Shown: piece by piece, positions 21,962 through 33,930 of the stretch
Numbering within the stretch: the first letter of the stretch is position 1
How the letters are laid out: each line of letters opens with the position of its first letter
From: an uncultured Methanosarcinaceae archaeon
GTDB taxonomy: Archaea; Halobacteriota; Methanosarcinia; Methanosarcinales; Methanosarcinaceae
Direction: 5' to 3'
DNA: 64,000 nt
Assembly: GCA_963721455.1 (NCBI GenBank)
Contig: CAVRJG010000044.1
Coordinates: 1 to 64,000 of the forward strand
The notes under the pieces: generated by a model
Database searches by the model: none
What the model was told of the DNA's origin: nothing
What the model saw: only the letters and a program-made list of their open reading frames with translations
Made by a program: the position numbers and the translations under genes

Positions 21962-22545
21962 ATGCATGTTCCCCACAGCATCGATATGACACAGCCTCAG
22001 CTAAGCATCACGCTCGAAGGTCATAAACTGACTTATACGACCGCCGGCGATCCTGCCACACCGCCCGTGATGTTACTGCATGGCTGGATGTCATATCGCG
22101 GCGTGTGGCAGCAAACCATCGCCGCACTGCAAGACCGTTACTACTGCGTGGCCGTCGATCTACTCGGCTTTGGCGACAGCGACAAACCCCATGATGCGGA
22201 TTACAGTATCTGTGCACAAGGCCAGCGAGTGCTGCAATTGGCTGACGCGATGGGCTGGGATCGGTTCACCCTGATCGGCCACTCGATGGGCGGACAAATC
22301 GCGTTGTGCATCGCTTCGATGTTAGCGCCGCGCCACATCACGTGCGTGATTAGCGTGGCTGGCGTAGTCTCCGCCCGCTTGACGCCTTTTGTGGAAACCG
22401 TCAATTACAAATTGATTGCTTTGAGTCAGGTGTTTCCTCAGATGTTTGCGGTGTTGCGCCGACTATCGCGGCAGCGATGGGTAGTTTATTCGCCGCTCTC
22501 CGGTTTCAAGACTTGGTTCTATCGAGTAGACGCTGTGCCGTTTCC
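21962..22545 (+). CDS. Alpha/beta hydrolase, truncated at the genome junction
   Basis: LLHGW, DLLGFGDS, GHSMGG; no catalytic Asp/His region before the composition switch. Confidence 0.8.
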
Positions 22546-22560
22546 ACAGTAAACACACAG
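22540..22560. other. Junction between bacterial and Methanosarcina-type sequence
   Basis: Abrupt GC drop. The hydrolase is cut, and an orphan 3' gene end (...EKREKERVEKTSTE*, stop 22641) follows. Confidence 0.9.
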
Positions 22561-23043
22561 ACGCCATATAACAGCAGGGAAGAAAAAGTCAAACATGAAA
22601 AGAGAGAAAAAGAAAGAGTTGAAAAGACTTCTACAGAATAAATTACTTATTTTGCAGACATCTCCATAAAACCTGGACTTCTCATTTTCTACCAGCAGGG
22701 TTATCGGGTCAGTTGTATTTATTTTTCCACGAGGAACTTATTTCGGCGGGAAATTCGAGACTTGGGACTATAAATAATTGAATGCCTGCTGTAACAATTA
22801 CAGGTTATAGAAGGAAAAGCAAAACCTGCAAATTCGGCTCGTCGCCCAGAAAATTATTTATACTTCCCATATGCCACCAGGCAGACCTGCCTCCAGACTG
22901 AAAGAGGTTGTTTTCGAAAAAAATCAAGCTGATTCTTCCCGAAAATAAGAATCACTAACTTTAAAAATGTCAGACAAATCGCACAACTTTTATTAAATGT
23001 CATGTTCATTATATTCCAGACACGACTTTGAAGAGGCTCATGC

Positions 23044-24402
23044 ATGGAAGATCCTGTTATCTCAAAAATAAAAACCCAATTTGATAAAAAAGGAAATCCG
23101 GCAAAGATTCCGCTGATGAGCGGGAAGCAATTTTTTGAAGCCCGATCCGAAACGGATGGAGTCTATGTTGACAACCTGAAAAATCAGCCATGCCTCCCCT
23201 GGAAGATATTTTCCGAAGCCATTAATTGCCTGAAGGAAAACGGCGGGCAGGCAAAGAAAGGAAACGCAACAAACTCAAGGCTGGGAGACCCTAACCTTGG
23301 CCTGGATACATTGGAAGGCTATATTGCCAGTAGAGTTTACGGCTGCAGTATAGGAGATACTGTTTTTAAGAGAATAACACCAGTAGCTTCCATCCTTGCC
23401 TGGGCTGAAATCTGTGAAAACGCAAGGGGGCAGATCTGTCTTCTTTCAGAGAAAAAAGAGCTAAATGCCTTTGAAAGTGAAAAAGAAGATTCTCTGGCTT
23501 TCAACATCGAAGAAAGCAAGGAAAATTCAGATATTAATTCCCTTTATCTCCAGCTTGAAAGCAGCGAGATTGAGTTGAAAAACCTGGAGATAAAACTTGC
23601 CGAAAAAACACAGAGAATAAAAGAACTTGACGAACAGTTTGCAGGCAGAGAAGAAGAGATAGGCAGGCTAAAAGAAGAACTGGAATCCAAAACCGAAGAA
23701 ATTGGTGTTCTTGAAAAGTATCTTTCGGATTCGAAGGAAACTGCCAGAAGCCTTGAGGAAAAGCTTGCAGGCAATGAAATGAAACTTGAGGAGCATAAAA
23801 AACGTCTCTATGAAAAAGATTCTGAACTGCGTGCCCTTCAAGAAAAACTCACTGATAAACATGAAAAAACCGGAAAACTTGAGTCCGCGCTCATAGAAAA
23901 AGAAGAAGAGAGAAACAGTCTTATTGAAGAACTGAAGGAAAAAATAGAAGATATAACATCCCTCAATGAGAAGCTTTCGACAAAAGAAAGAGAAGTAGAA
24001 AAACTTGAAGAAAGCATTTCAATAAAGGATAAAGACCTTAAAACCCTGGCTGGAGAGGTTATTGCAAAGGCGGGGGAGATGAGGAGAATCGAAGAGAAGC
24101 TTACCGGAAAAGAAAGAACGATAAATACTATGGAAATTATGCTTGCTACAAATGAAGAAAATGTAAGAAAGCTCGAGAAGCAGCTCTCAGCCTATGAAGG
24201 AGAAGAAAAACTGGCAGCCCGGCTTAGAGAAAAAGAAGAGTTGATAAAACAATTGAAAGGAACGCTCGCAAGTAAAGAAGAGGCGTTCTCCAGGGTTAAC
24301 GAGGAAAACAGAAAGTACAGGATGCAGCAGAAATTCGCATCTGATGGGCTGAGGCAGATAGAAGAACAGAAAGCCTCAAGAAAATGGTGGAAACGCCTGT
24401 AA
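23044..24402 (+). CDS. Protein with globular N-domain and long coiled coil
   Basis: About 300 aa of E/K/L heptads; ends RKWWKRL. Confidence 0.8.
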   Translation: MEDPVISKIKTQFDKKGNPAKIPLMSGKQFFEARSETDGVYVDNLKNQPCLPWKIFSEAINCLKENGGQAKKGNATNSRLGDPNLGLDTLEGYIASRVYGCSIGDTVFKRITPVASILAWAEICENARGQICLLSEKKELNAFESEKEDSLAFNIEESKENSDINSLYLQLESSEIELKNLEIKLAEKTQRIKELDEQFAGREEEIGRLKEELESKTEEIGVLEKYLSDSKETARSLEEKLAGNEMKLEEHKKRLYEKDSELRALQEKLTDKHEKTGKLESALIEKEEERNSLIEELKEKIEDITSLNEKLSTKEREVEKLEESISIKDKDLKTLAGEVIAKAGEMRRIEEKLTGKERTINTMEIMLATNEENVRKLEKQLSAYEGEEKLAARLREKEELIKQLKGTLASKEEAFSRVNEENRKYRMQQKFASDGLRQIEEQKASRKWWKRL

Positions 24403-24430
24403 GCAGGAAGTAAATCCAGACTTTAGAAAT

Positions 24431-24886
24431 TCAAACTTTGTTTATTCCCGGCCACTCAGGGCCTGACGCCAGGAACGAGCTGTGAAGCAGGTGAAGGATC
24501 ATGTCAGGGCTAATTTTCCTTATACTTGTAATCTCACAGATTATTTCTTCCTCGGTTCTTCCCTGAACCTCCAGTTCTTTTATCTTTTCAATCACGTAAG
24601 CAGGTATTACAAAATAATTGTTGAGGTCATGCCAGTGCCCGCTCACATCTCCCTTCACCAGATGAATACCTGAAGAAGCAAGGTACATCTTGATAAATTT
24701 AGAAAGCCCTTCATAGGAAGATGCGGGAAGTTGAAGCAGTTCTATCCCGGGACATGTCTTGACCAGACTAAAAAGATCCCTGTCCGAAGGTCTAAAAGCA
24801 AGGTGTACTGCCTTCTCCTCTGCCCCCAGGCCGAGAATTTCATCCCTGCTTGTTACGACTCTAATACGTATACTACCTAGCCCCAT
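24431..24886 (-). CDS. DUF1699-family protein
   Basis: IRVVTSRDEI..L...E..VHLAFRPS..D; GDVSGH. Confidence 0.75.
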   Translation of the reverse strand: MGLGSIRIRVVTSRDEILGLGAEEKAVHLAFRPSDRDLFSLVKTCPGIELLQLPASSYEGLSKFIKMYLASSGIHLVKGDVSGHWHDLNNYFVIPAYVIEKIKELEVQGRTEEEIICEITSIRKISPDMILHLLHSSFLASGPEWPGINKV

Positions 24887-25123
24887 TTATGCTCCCTCTC
24901 CTATCTAAGCATGGATCATTTATTTAATTTTGTATTTCAGTCTTTCTGACCAAATTTCAGTACAATTAGAATATTTGTGCCCCAGGTAGAGTAAAAAAGT
25001 TAAAATGATTGCAGGAATGTTGAAAGAGCTCGAAATCTGCCTATGATTTGGAAAAGATTAACTTACTTTTTCAGAAATAGAAATTCACAGGTCAGGACGT
25101 TAAAGTTTTATCAGGTGATATTT

Positions 25124-27427
25124 TCAGGCTTTATTCTCAGGCTTTATTCTCAGGCCTGCCGCAAGAGCCTGCCCGAAGGAAATACATCCATCCCCACAGG
25201 GAACCTGGCGGTGAGCTAGAAATTCAAAACCTGCTTCTCTAACAGTTCCTGCAATGCATGAAGTTATATGGTCATTATAGGCAACCCCTCCACTCAGGCC
25301 TATCTTTTCAAGGCCCCTTTTTGCGGCAAGGGAAATGGCAAGTTCCGAGATTCCCTTTGCAAGGCTTTCCTCAACCGCAAAAGCAAGATCGGCAGGAGAG
25401 TACTTTCCTGAAAGCTCATAAACTCCCAGAAGAAGCTCGGTCGTGTCAAGCACAGGAACTCCTGATTTTTCTGCTTTTTTGACGACCAGAGGGAGGTCTA
25501 CCGCATGGGTGCTCTTTCTTGCGGCAGATTCGAGTTTCATTGCAGGCTCTCCTTCATAGGTTCTTATTCCGCAGATTCCAAGCAGTGCTGCCGCTGCATC
25601 CAGTACTCTTCCTGTACTGCTGCTTCGGACAACATTTACCCCCTTTTCAAGCTGTTTCATAACTGCTGAGAACTCCATAGCTCCTTGCGGAAAGGTGAGG
25701 GGAAGCTTTTCCAGCTCTTCTCTCCCAAGCCTCTCGGAAAGAATACCCAGAACCATCCTTGAAGGTATCTTCGATGCAAGGTCTCCCCCGGGCATCGGTT
25801 GAGGAAGCAAATGTCCAAGGCGTTCATACCCGAAGTACGAGGACTCGAAAAGCTCTCCTCCCCAGATTGTACCGTCATCGCCGTATCCAACCCCATCAAG
25901 AGCGATTCCCAGCATCCGTGAATCCAGCGGCAGGGAGTTATCAGCCATAAGTGCCAGCATGTGGGCGTGGTGATGCTGAACCTGAAGTATATTTTCCCCT
26001 CCCATCTTCATCGCAAAACGGGTTGTGTTAAATGCAGGGTGCAGGTCGCAGCCCCAGTGAAAAGGCTCTATTCCTGTGAGACGGATAAGATGCCTGATAA
26101 CTTCTGAGTGGTACCTGAAGGTTTCTACGTGACTGGTGTTTCCTATATACTGAGAGATATAGGCAAGTTTTCCTTTTGCCACAGTCACCGTGGAGTTCAT
26201 TTCAGCCCCTACCCCTATAGAAGCTTTGACTTCGAAAGGCAACTCTACAGGTTCAGGCACGAAACCCCTGGAACGCCGGATAAAAGCCGCCCGTCCGTTT
26301 ACAACCCGGATAACTGTATCGTCGTTCCTGTTTGCAATAACCCTGTTATGCAGCAGGTGAAGATCGACAATCCCTTTAAGTTTTTCAAGCGCTTCTTTAT
26401 TTTCGACAACCATAGGTCTTCCTGGAAGGTTTGCCGAGGTCATGACATATACAGCGTCAGGTACGCGATCAAAAAGCAGGTTCTGCGTGCCTGTATAGGG
26501 AAGCATGACCCCTATATTGTGAAGGCTGGGGGAAACGGATTTTGCCAGGTTGAATTCCTTTGACATGGGAAGTACAGTAATAGGGCGGCGGCGGGATGTC
26601 AGATATTCCCTGCCTGCACCTTCAAGCTCTGCAAAGGACTCCACAACCTCAGGATTTTTTGCCATGACAGCAAAAGGCTGCTCCGGACGCACCAACCGCC
26701 TTCTAAGCTCCTTTACGGGCTCCTCCTTTCGAGCATTGCAGGCAATATGGAAACCTCCGAACCCCTTGACAGAAAGGATTGAGCCCTGCTGAAGAAAGTC
26801 AGAAGCTTTTGAGATTGCTTCGTAACCCTTTGCCAGTACATTTCCTTCAGAATCAGAAAGCCAGATCTCTGGCCCGCACTTTGGGCAGCAGACCGGCTGG
26901 GCATGATATCTTCGATTAAGGGGATTGGTATACTCTGTTTCGCACTCCGCGCAGAGAGGAAAATCTGCCATTGTAGTATTTTCTCTGTCATAAGGAAGAG
27001 TCCGGACTGTCGTATAACGGGGACCGCAATTCGTACAGACTGTAAAAGGATAATGATAATACCTGGATGAAGGGTTGAAGATCTCTGACCTGCACTCCTC
27101 GCAAATAGCCGTATCAGGAGGGATAATTGAATTTTCAAAAACTCCGGATTCACTGGGCACAATAATAAATTTGGAATAAGCAGAGAAAGATACGTTTTTT
27201 GTTTTGATCTCAGTAATTTTAGCAAGAGGAGGTTTTTTTTCAGGCAGGTCTTGAAGAAAACTTTCAAGGCTAGACGGGTTTCCCTCTATAAGAATCTCCA
27301 CATGGTTTCCGAGATTTTTCACGTATCCGAACAGCCCATGAGCTTTTGCAAGCTGGTATACGAAGGGACGAAAACCAACACCTTGCACAGTACCGGTCAC
27401 ATGGAGAAGCCTTGCTTCGTTTTGCAT
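25124..27427 (-). CDS. hypF: Hydrogenase maturation carbamoyltransferase HypF
   Basis: GTVQGVGFRP acylphosphatase domain, CxxC zinc fingers, QHHHAH, DGVGYG, GDG. Confidence 0.97.
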   Translation of the reverse strand: MQNEARLLHVTGTVQGVGFRPFVYQLAKAHGLFGYVKNLGNHVEILIEGNPSSLESFLQDLPEKKPPLAKITEIKTKNVSFSAYSKFIIVPSESGVFENSIIPPDTAICEECRSEIFNPSSRYYHYPFTVCTNCGPRYTTVRTLPYDRENTTMADFPLCAECETEYTNPLNRRYHAQPVCCPKCGPEIWLSDSEGNVLAKGYEAISKASDFLQQGSILSVKGFGGFHIACNARKEEPVKELRRRLVRPEQPFAVMAKNPEVVESFAELEGAGREYLTSRRRPITVLPMSKEFNLAKSVSPSLHNIGVMLPYTGTQNLLFDRVPDAVYVMTSANLPGRPMVVENKEALEKLKGIVDLHLLHNRVIANRNDDTVIRVVNGRAAFIRRSRGFVPEPVELPFEVKASIGVGAEMNSTVTVAKGKLAYISQYIGNTSHVETFRYHSEVIRHLIRLTGIEPFHWGCDLHPAFNTTRFAMKMGGENILQVQHHHAHMLALMADNSLPLDSRMLGIALDGVGYGDDGTIWGGELFESSYFGYERLGHLLPQPMPGGDLASKIPSRMVLGILSERLGREELEKLPLTFPQGAMEFSAVMKQLEKGVNVVRSSSTGRVLDAAAALLGICGIRTYEGEPAMKLESAARKSTHAVDLPLVVKKAEKSGVPVLDTTELLLGVYELSGKYSPADLAFAVEESLAKGISELAISLAAKRGLEKIGLSGGVAYNDHITSCIAGTVREAGFEFLAHRQVPCGDGCISFGQALAAGLRIKPENKA

Positions 27428-27787
27428 ATGAAATTAGGATTGATATTCGTCGTTAAAATAGCTTTCTAATTTAAAATCAAACGAAAACGAAGGAAAATTC
27501 GGAAAGCGCTTAATCGGAAAATAAAAAAGATTGAAAAGAAGCAGTTAAGCCAAAAAACAAAAATTTGTGCCGGAACATAGGATATGAAAAACATCCTGAA
27601 GTTCAGGTCACACAAAATTTAGAGTAACTGTTTTTAGGATAATAATGAACCCCATAACCATCATCAAGAGGGAAATCTTCCAGGCCACCTGCAGCAGGCG
27701 GGCCTGGTTTTGGGGTTCACTCAATTTAAGTACTGCTCTTTCAACCAGGTTCGGTCGATCCTTACACGTTGCCATATGAAACTAAGC

Positions 27788-28417
27788 TTATTTTGCTGCG
27801 TTTCTCGCCTTGATTCTCTTCAACCGGAACGTATTCTCCCTCTCCAACTCCTCAAGGACGAAACGGATATACTTCATGGTTGCTATGAGTTCGGGAATGA
27901 CCTTGAATTCGAGAGCGTTCACACGCCTTTTGGTCTTCTCGATCTCATTTAGGATCCTTTTCATTGCTGTCTCAAGCTCTGCTGCGATTATGATCTTTTC
28001 TACGAGATCCTCATATGAATCTGCAGTCTCATCGATGTACGAGCTTGTTCCAATGATACCATAACCCCTTTCAGTGAGGGGTTTGCGGACGCCTGTAGAG
28101 CTGATCTTAGGCACCACGACACCCATGATATTGTGCCCTGAAAGCTGAATTTCGGGAGATTCCTTCGCTGTGAAGGCTGTTGACCTGACGGTAATCATTC
28201 CTTCCACGGCAGAGGCGAGATTGAATTTTTCCACCGATTTTGCGTAGGCAGCGTCCAGCTCGGTTCTGACGTTCCTTGCCTCGTTAAGGATCTTAAAGAA
28301 CTCAATAATAAGACCATCTCTCTTCATTTTAAGGAGCTTGTGCCCGCTTTCAGAGAGTTTGATCTTTTTCTTGAGCTGAATCAGCTCCGACCGAGTTGGT
28401 TTTACGTCCTGAGCCAT
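27788..28417 (-). CDS. atpD: A1Ao ATP synthase subunit D
   Basis: KPTRSEL, GHKLLKMKRD, KRRVNALE. Confidence 0.95.
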   Translation of the reverse strand: MAQDVKPTRSELIQLKKKIKLSESGHKLLKMKRDGLIIEFFKILNEARNVRTELDAAYAKSVEKFNLASAVEGMITVRSTAFTAKESPEIQLSGHNIMGVVVPKISSTGVRKPLTERGYGIIGTSSYIDETADSYEDLVEKIIIAAELETAMKRILNEIEKTKRRVNALEFKVIPELIATMKYIRFVLEELERENTFRLKRIKARNAAK

Positions 28418-28422
28418 TACAA

Positions 28423-29805
28423 TCACTGAGCCTTTTTCTTTGCAGGATGGTATTTTTCGATGTACTTGTTGTCAATCCTACCCAACTGGTTTATTGGCAG
28501 GTGTGCGAGAATCTTCCAACCGATGTCCAGAGTCTCTTCAATGGTCCTGTTTTCGTTTCTTCCCTGGGTGACAAAGTGCTTTTCGAAAAGGTCAGCAAAC
28601 TCGAGAAGCTTCAAGTCTCTCTCGGACAGAGCTTCTTTACCGACGATAGCTACGAGACCTCTCAGGTCACGCCCTTCTGCATAACCTGCGAACATCTGGT
28701 CAGAAACAGCCTTGTGGTCTTCCCTTGTCTTGCCTGCTCCGATACCTGAGTTCATTAGCCTCGACAGGGACGGCAGCACATTGATTGGTGGATAGATACC
28801 TTTCCTGTGCAGTTCCCTGGCAACCAAGATCTGGCCTTCGGTGATATACCCGGACAGGTCAGGGATCGGGTGGGTAATGTCGTCACCGGGCATTGAAAGG
28901 ATCGGAATCTGGGTAACGGATCCCTTGGCACCCTTGACAATACCAGCACGCTCATAGAGGGTTGCAAGGTCAGTGTACATATAACCAGGATACCCACGAC
29001 GGCCAGGCACTTCATTACGGGCGGCACCCATCTGACGGAGAGCTTCTGCATAATTAGTAATGTCAGTCAGGATGACGAGAACGTGCATGCCGTGCTCGTA
29101 TGCCAGGTACTCGGCTGCTGTGAGTGCCATACGCGGGGTAATTAGACGCTCGACAGCAGGGTCATCTGCAAGGTTAAGGAACACAACTGCCCTTTCCAGA
29201 GCGCCTGTCTTTTCGAAGTCGCTCATAAAATACTGGGCTTCTTCATTGGTGATACCCATTGCTGCAAAGACCACTGCGAAAGCAGATTCGGACCCTGGCA
29301 CAGAAGCTTGCCTTGCGATCTGCAGGGCAATTTCGTTGTGTGGAAGACCTGATGCTGAGAAAATAGGCAGTTTCTGTCCACGAACCAGGGTGTTTGTCCC
29401 GTCGATTGTGGAGATGCCTGTCTGGATGAAATCCTTTGGAGGCAGCCTGGCGTATGGGTTCATTGCGGCCCCGTTGATGTCCAGAAGCTGGTCTGGCACG
29501 ATTCTGGGCCCGCCGTCCAGAGGGTCACCGGCGCCTGAAAGGATCCTTCCGAGAAGGTCAATGGATGCAGGAAGTTTCAGAGTTTCCCCTGTAAAAACCA
29601 CACCACACTCTTTGTTCAAGCCGCCAGTACCTTCAAAAATCTGGACAACCACGATGTCCGTTGAAGAGTCCAACACCTCGCCTCTGCGAGTGGTTCCGTC
29701 AGGCAAATTGACGTTAACGATTTCTTTATAGCCTACAGGCTCTGTTTTCTCGACAAAGACAAGAGGCCCTGCAATCTGAGTGATTGTCTTATACTCTTTT
29801 ACCAT
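28423..29805 (-). CDS. atpB: A1Ao ATP synthase subunit B
   Basis: [29 protein letters not shown]. Confidence 0.97.
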   Translation of the reverse strand: MVKEYKTITQIAGPLVFVEKTEPVGYKEIVNVNLPDGTTRRGEVLDSSTDIVVVQIFEGTGGLNKECGVVFTGETLKLPASIDLLGRILSGAGDPLDGGPRIVPDQLLDINGAAMNPYARLPPKDFIQTGISTIDGTNTLVRGQKLPIFSASGLPHNEIALQIARQASVPGSESAFAVVFAAMGITNEEAQYFMSDFEKTGALERAVVFLNLADDPAVERLITPRMALTAAEYLAYEHGMHVLVILTDITNYAEALRQMGAARNEVPGRRGYPGYMYTDLATLYERAGIVKGAKGSVTQIPILSMPGDDITHPIPDLSGYITEGQILVARELHRKGIYPPINVLPSLSRLMNSGIGAGKTREDHKAVSDQMFAGYAEGRDLRGLVAIVGKEALSERDLKLLEFADLFEKHFVTQGRNENRTIEETLDIGWKILAHLPINQLGRIDNKYIEKYHPAKKKAQ

Positions 29806-29807
29806 GC

Positions 29808-31544
29808 TTACCTACCTCTCAGGGATGCAAACTCCTTATCCATCTTTGCCAGGACAGCGGTCATAGAAGCATCGAAGTTCTCCTCGAACTTAACCTTGGG
29901 AAGCTCATCCTTAGATGGCATCTTGACAATTTCCGAGACAGGGACACCTGATTTCAAAGCTTCCTGTGCAGCGTCCCCGAACTTCATGATTGCCTGCATA
30001 ATCCTGTACTGCTCAGAGAACGGGCTATAGGTATCTATTGGATGGAATGCATTCTGCTGCAGGAAGATTTCCCTGATCATACGGGTAATTTCAAGCAGGA
30101 GCTGCTGCTCATCCGGAAGAGCGTCGGAACCTACAAGCTGCACGATTTCCTGCAGTTCGGATTCTACCTGGAGCATTCCCATTGCCCTTTCCCTCATAGC
30201 CACGTAATCAGAAGCCACGTTCTCAGTAAACCAGCCGTCGAGGCTTTCCTTGTACAGGCTATAGCTGGTCAACCAGTTGATAGCCGGGAAGTGACGTCTC
30301 TGAGATAACTTGGCGTCCAGAGCCCAGAACACTTTCACAATACGCAGGGTGTTCTGCGTAACAGGCTCTGAGAAGTCACCGCCAGGAGGGGATACTGCTC
30401 CAATAGCAGTGATTGAACCTATTTTACCGCAAAGGGCTTCTGCAACACCGGCACGCTCATAGAATTCGGCAAGCCTTGCAGACAGGTATGCTGGATAACC
30501 TTCTTCACCAGGCATTTCTTCCAGACGAGAGGAGATTTCTCTCATGGCTTCTGCCCACCTGGAGGTGGAGTCTGCCATCAGGGACACGTCGAACCCCATG
30601 TCACGGAAGTATTCCGCAATAGTGATCCCGGTGTACACAGATGCTTCTCTTGCAGCCACTGGCATGTTTGAAGTGTTGGCTATAAGGATAGTACGCTCCA
30701 TGAGCGGCCTTCCGCTCTGCGGGTCTTCGAGTTCCGGGAAGTCATGCAGAACGTCTGCCATTTCGTTTCCTCGTTCCCCACAACCAACGTAGACCACAAT
30801 TTCGGTGTCACTCCATTTTGCAAGCTGCTGCTGGGTAACTGTCTTGCCAGATCCGAAAGGTCCTGGAATTGCAGCAGTTCCGCCTTTTGCTACAGGGAAA
30901 AGCCCGTCAAGGATTCTCTGTCCTGTGACCAGTGGCTTTGTGGGAAGTAGTTTTTTCGCCACAGGCCGGGGTCTGCGAACAGGCCATCTCTGCATCATTT
31001 GCAGCTCGGTCCCGTCAGTCAGGGTACAGATAGTGTCCATAACAGTGAAGTTTCCGCTCTTAATATCAGCGACTGTACCTGAGATATCCGGGGGCACCAT
31101 GATCTTGTGTTCAAGATTTATTGTTTCCTGAACAACTCCGATTATTTCTCCACCTTTTACAACATCTCCCTTCTTGACAACAGGTTTGAATTCCCAGATT
31201 TTTTTGTGGTCAAGTCCGTCTGCGCTGACACCTCTCTTGATGAAGCTGCCCATCTTTTCAAGCAGGACGTGCAGAGGCCTTTGAACCCCATCATAAATAC
31301 TGGAAAGAATACCCGGGCCAAGTTCCACGGTAAGAGGTCTCCCTGTAGATACACAGGGCTCCCCTGGCCTGACACCTCCCGTCTCTTCGTATACCTGGAT
31401 GATGGTCTTGTCCCCAACTATCTGGATGACTTCACCCATCAACCCTTCATTACCGACTTTGACCAGGTCATACATTCTTGCCTGCAAGCCGATAGCGGTG
31501 ACGACAGGCCCAGCCACACGATAAATTTCACCTTTTACTTCCAC
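29808..31544 (-). CDS. atpA: A1Ao ATP synthase subunit A
   Basis: GPFGSGKT P-loop, [16 protein letters not shown]; no intein. Confidence 0.97.
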   Translation of the reverse strand: MEVKGEIYRVAGPVVTAIGLQARMYDLVKVGNEGLMGEVIQIVGDKTIIQVYEETGGVRPGEPCVSTGRPLTVELGPGILSSIYDGVQRPLHVLLEKMGSFIKRGVSADGLDHKKIWEFKPVVKKGDVVKGGEIIGVVQETINLEHKIMVPPDISGTVADIKSGNFTVMDTICTLTDGTELQMMQRWPVRRPRPVAKKLLPTKPLVTGQRILDGLFPVAKGGTAAIPGPFGSGKTVTQQQLAKWSDTEIVVYVGCGERGNEMADVLHDFPELEDPQSGRPLMERTILIANTSNMPVAAREASVYTGITIAEYFRDMGFDVSLMADSTSRWAEAMREISSRLEEMPGEEGYPAYLSARLAEFYERAGVAEALCGKIGSITAIGAVSPPGGDFSEPVTQNTLRIVKVFWALDAKLSQRRHFPAINWLTSYSLYKESLDGWFTENVASDYVAMRERAMGMLQVESELQEIVQLVGSDALPDEQQLLLEITRMIREIFLQQNAFHPIDTYSPFSEQYRIMQAIMKFGDAAQEALKSGVPVSEIVKMPSKDELPKVKFEENFDASMTAVLAKMDKEFASLRGR

Positions 31545-31840
31545 AGATCAACACCTACAGCTTGTTTTATTTTTGATCTTAAACTCATAGAGCCTGCTCC
31601 GCTGCCTCCCAGGGCTACTACTGTGGGCTGGACAGACTCATTCAAGTCTTTCCTTAAAATTTCCGGCAGATTACCAATGTCATCATTATGCATTACAATA
31701 ATCCCGACACTCTTATCCTGAAGCACAGATTTTACCGCGGACTCGATGGCCGTGGTATCAGTAGCTTCGTAAACTTTCCTGATACCAGCAAGCCTGAATC
31801 CTGTAACAAAATCGCTCTTTCCGATCACTGCTAATTCCAT
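31535..31840 (-). CDS. atpF: A1Ao ATP synthase subunit F
   Basis: [15 protein letters not shown]; IKQAVGVDL. Confidence 0.95.
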   Translation of the reverse strand: MELAVIGKSDFVTGFRLAGIRKVYEATDTTAIESAVKSVLQDKSVGIIVMHNDDIGNLPEILRKDLNESVQPTVVALGGSGAGSMSLRSKIKQAVGVDLWK

Positions 31841-32922
31841 CAGATAACCACCAACTGGTCTTTGATTAAATCATCACTGAGGCCAGCCTCTTTACCCCTG
31901 AAAATAATCCTGAGGTTAGTTACCTCATTATTTTTATGGATAATATAATCCAGAATAGGGACAATTGAGATCGGAGATACGTGCGAATAAGTGGTTGCTG
32001 ATTCAAGATAATATCTTATGAGCCTGCCTTCAAGAGTAGTCAGAGAAATCGTATCCGGACCGGTAACGCCTGAAATAGCATCCCAGTACTTAGTCCTTTG
32101 AAGTTCATTGACAAACTCTTCATACGGAAGAGCCGCCAGTTTCTCGGGCTTTAGCTCAAGACCGCCTTCAATCATGAGAGGCATGATGTCATCAAGCTTC
32201 TCAACTCCTGCTTTTTTCAGCCTGAAAAGATTAGTCAAGTTCTTGACATCTACTTCCAGTTTGATGACCTTGACAAAGAGCTTGCGGTCCTTGGACTTTG
32301 GTTCTCCGATTGATTCAAACAGACTTGAGTAATATGTTCTGTCAAGTTCATTTTCTATATCTGCCAGGTTAGTTCCGTCAAACTTCTGCAGCAGGGGGTA
32401 ATACTCAGTATCTTTCAGGGCCTCGATGATTTCCTGATATGTGGCCTTGGCCGCAAGTTCTGACATGGAAGTGTAAGTAAACTCCCCGGCAGCAATCAGA
32501 GATTCAAGGATATCTTCAACAGATGCGTTGTAGATTTTACCTCGTATGAGTGTTTTTATGTTCCAGATGTCATACTTTTTCAGGTATGCGACAACCAGGT
32601 AGTTAAGTTCTCCAGAGGTGATTCTTGCCAACTTATCATAGGTAAGGGCAAGATTTCTGTTCAATGCATGTTCTGCCAGATCGCCACCTTTGTATTTCAT
32701 TGCCAGTTCGTCGACGTCGTTTTTGTATTCAGACTCTTGGATAAAGCGGGTAATTTCATCAATCCCCATGTTTAGAAGTCGGGGGTACGACTCTTTAGGA
32801 AGTAGCTTACTCTTCATCGCGCGGACACGGGTTACGGCATAAGCATAGTTAGAACTGCCTTTTATCTTCTTATCGGATTTTCGTGAGGGTTTTTGCCCCC
32901 AGAGTCTCTCCAAAAGCCGCAT
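31840..32922 (-). CDS. atpC: A1Ao ATP synthase subunit C
   Basis: [16 protein letters not shown]; EVTNLRII; operon position. Confidence 0.93.
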   Translation of the reverse strand: MRLLERLWGQKPSRKSDKKIKGSSNYAYAVTRVRAMKSKLLPKESYPRLLNMGIDEITRFIQESEYKNDVDELAMKYKGGDLAEHALNRNLALTYDKLARITSGELNYLVVAYLKKYDIWNIKTLIRGKIYNASVEDILESLIAAGEFTYTSMSELAAKATYQEIIEALKDTEYYPLLQKFDGTNLADIENELDRTYYSSLFESIGEPKSKDRKLFVKVIKLEVDVKNLTNLFRLKKAGVEKLDDIMPLMIEGGLELKPEKLAALPYEEFVNELQRTKYWDAISGVTGPDTISLTTLEGRLIRYYLESATTYSHVSPISIVPILDYIIHKNNEVTNLRIIFRGKEAGLSDDLIKDQLVVI

Positions 32923-32928
32923 CGAACA

Positions 32929-33480
32929 TCACCCGTATAAAATGTCAGATATCTGCTTCAATGAACGCTCATACACGTTTTTCAGGATTGAATCGTATGT
33001 GAAATCTAACCTGACTGTCCGGTCCTCATTTTCCAGAACAACGCCGCCGATGCAATCAATATTACCAGCATGTGTTAGTGAAGTCATTTTTTTAACGGTT
33101 TCTTCTGACGCCTTAGAAGAATAAATTCTAGCACCGCTAGCTTCATACTTGTTGATGATATATTTCAACAGTTCTTCTTTTTTGGATGCCGGCATTGACT
33201 TGATTGTTTCAATTGTCTGATCGTAAACTTTATCTAGAAGTTCCTTTCGTTTGTTAAGCGTAATTCTTTTTACTTCCAGGTTTGCACTTGATATAACCTG
33301 CTGGTGCAGATTTTGGAGGTCCTCTTCCGCCTTGGCAAGGCTGTCTCCGAGCATCTTCTTCTGTACTTCTTTAGCCTCATTTATGATCTCGGAGGCCTTT
33401 GCATCGCCTTCGGTTTTTATACGGGAAACCTCAGCTCTTGCACCCTCCTGGATGTCTTTTACAACGATATCTAGTCCCAT
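32929..33480 (-). CDS. atpE: A1Ao ATP synthase subunit E
   Basis: MGLDIVVKDI start; IGGVVLEN..RLDFT. Confidence 0.93.
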   Translation of the reverse strand: MGLDIVVKDIQEGARAEVSRIKTEGDAKASEIINEAKEVQKKMLGDSLAKAEEDLQNLHQQVISSANLEVKRITLNKRKELLDKVYDQTIETIKSMPASKKEELLKYIINKYEASGARIYSSKASEETVKKMTSLTHAGNIDCIGGVVLENEDRTVRLDFTYDSILKNVYERSLKQISDILYG

Positions 33481-33680
33481 GCTTACACCTCCAAATAAAT
33501 TTAGAGCAAAAAAGTGCTCTAAAGGCCTAGAGTAAAACTCTAAGCTGCTTAGAGTGCAACGATACCTAAGGGGGAACTTAGAGCAGTATAACCGCTCCAA
33601 GCCCGCCTGGCAAGGAAAAAACGCCCAAGTAAGCTTAAAGCACTGCTCTAAGAAATTTAAGAGCGTATATGCTCTTAAAT

Positions 33681-33926
33681 TTAAGCGGAATTGATAAGCA
33701 ATGCAACGACGAGACCGAAAATAACAATGGTTTCTGGAATGACAGTAAGAATCAGGCCCTTACCGAATAATCCTTCGTTTTCTGCCATTGCGCCGATTGC
33801 TGCGGTACCGATTTCTCTTTCAGCTATTGCTGATGCATACCCAGTTGTTGCGATTGCGATTGCTGCACCGAGTGCTTTCATTCCTGCTGCGTCCAGAAAC
33901 AAACCTGTAGTTGCTGCGTCTACCAT
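33681..33926 (-). CDS. atpK: A1Ao ATP synthase proteolipid subunit K (c)
   Basis: Two TM helices with IPETIVIFG ion-binding Glu. Confidence 0.95.
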   Translation of the reverse strand: MVDAATTGLFLDAAGMKALGAAIAIATTGYASAIAEREIGTAAIGAMAENEGLFGKGLILTVIPETIVIFGLVVALLINSA

Positions 33927-33930
33927 GTTT

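Noticed and set aside
22545-22560. Interdomain horizontal transfer
   Set aside because: Both sides are truncated genes, the archaeal side is core genome, and there are no integration signals.
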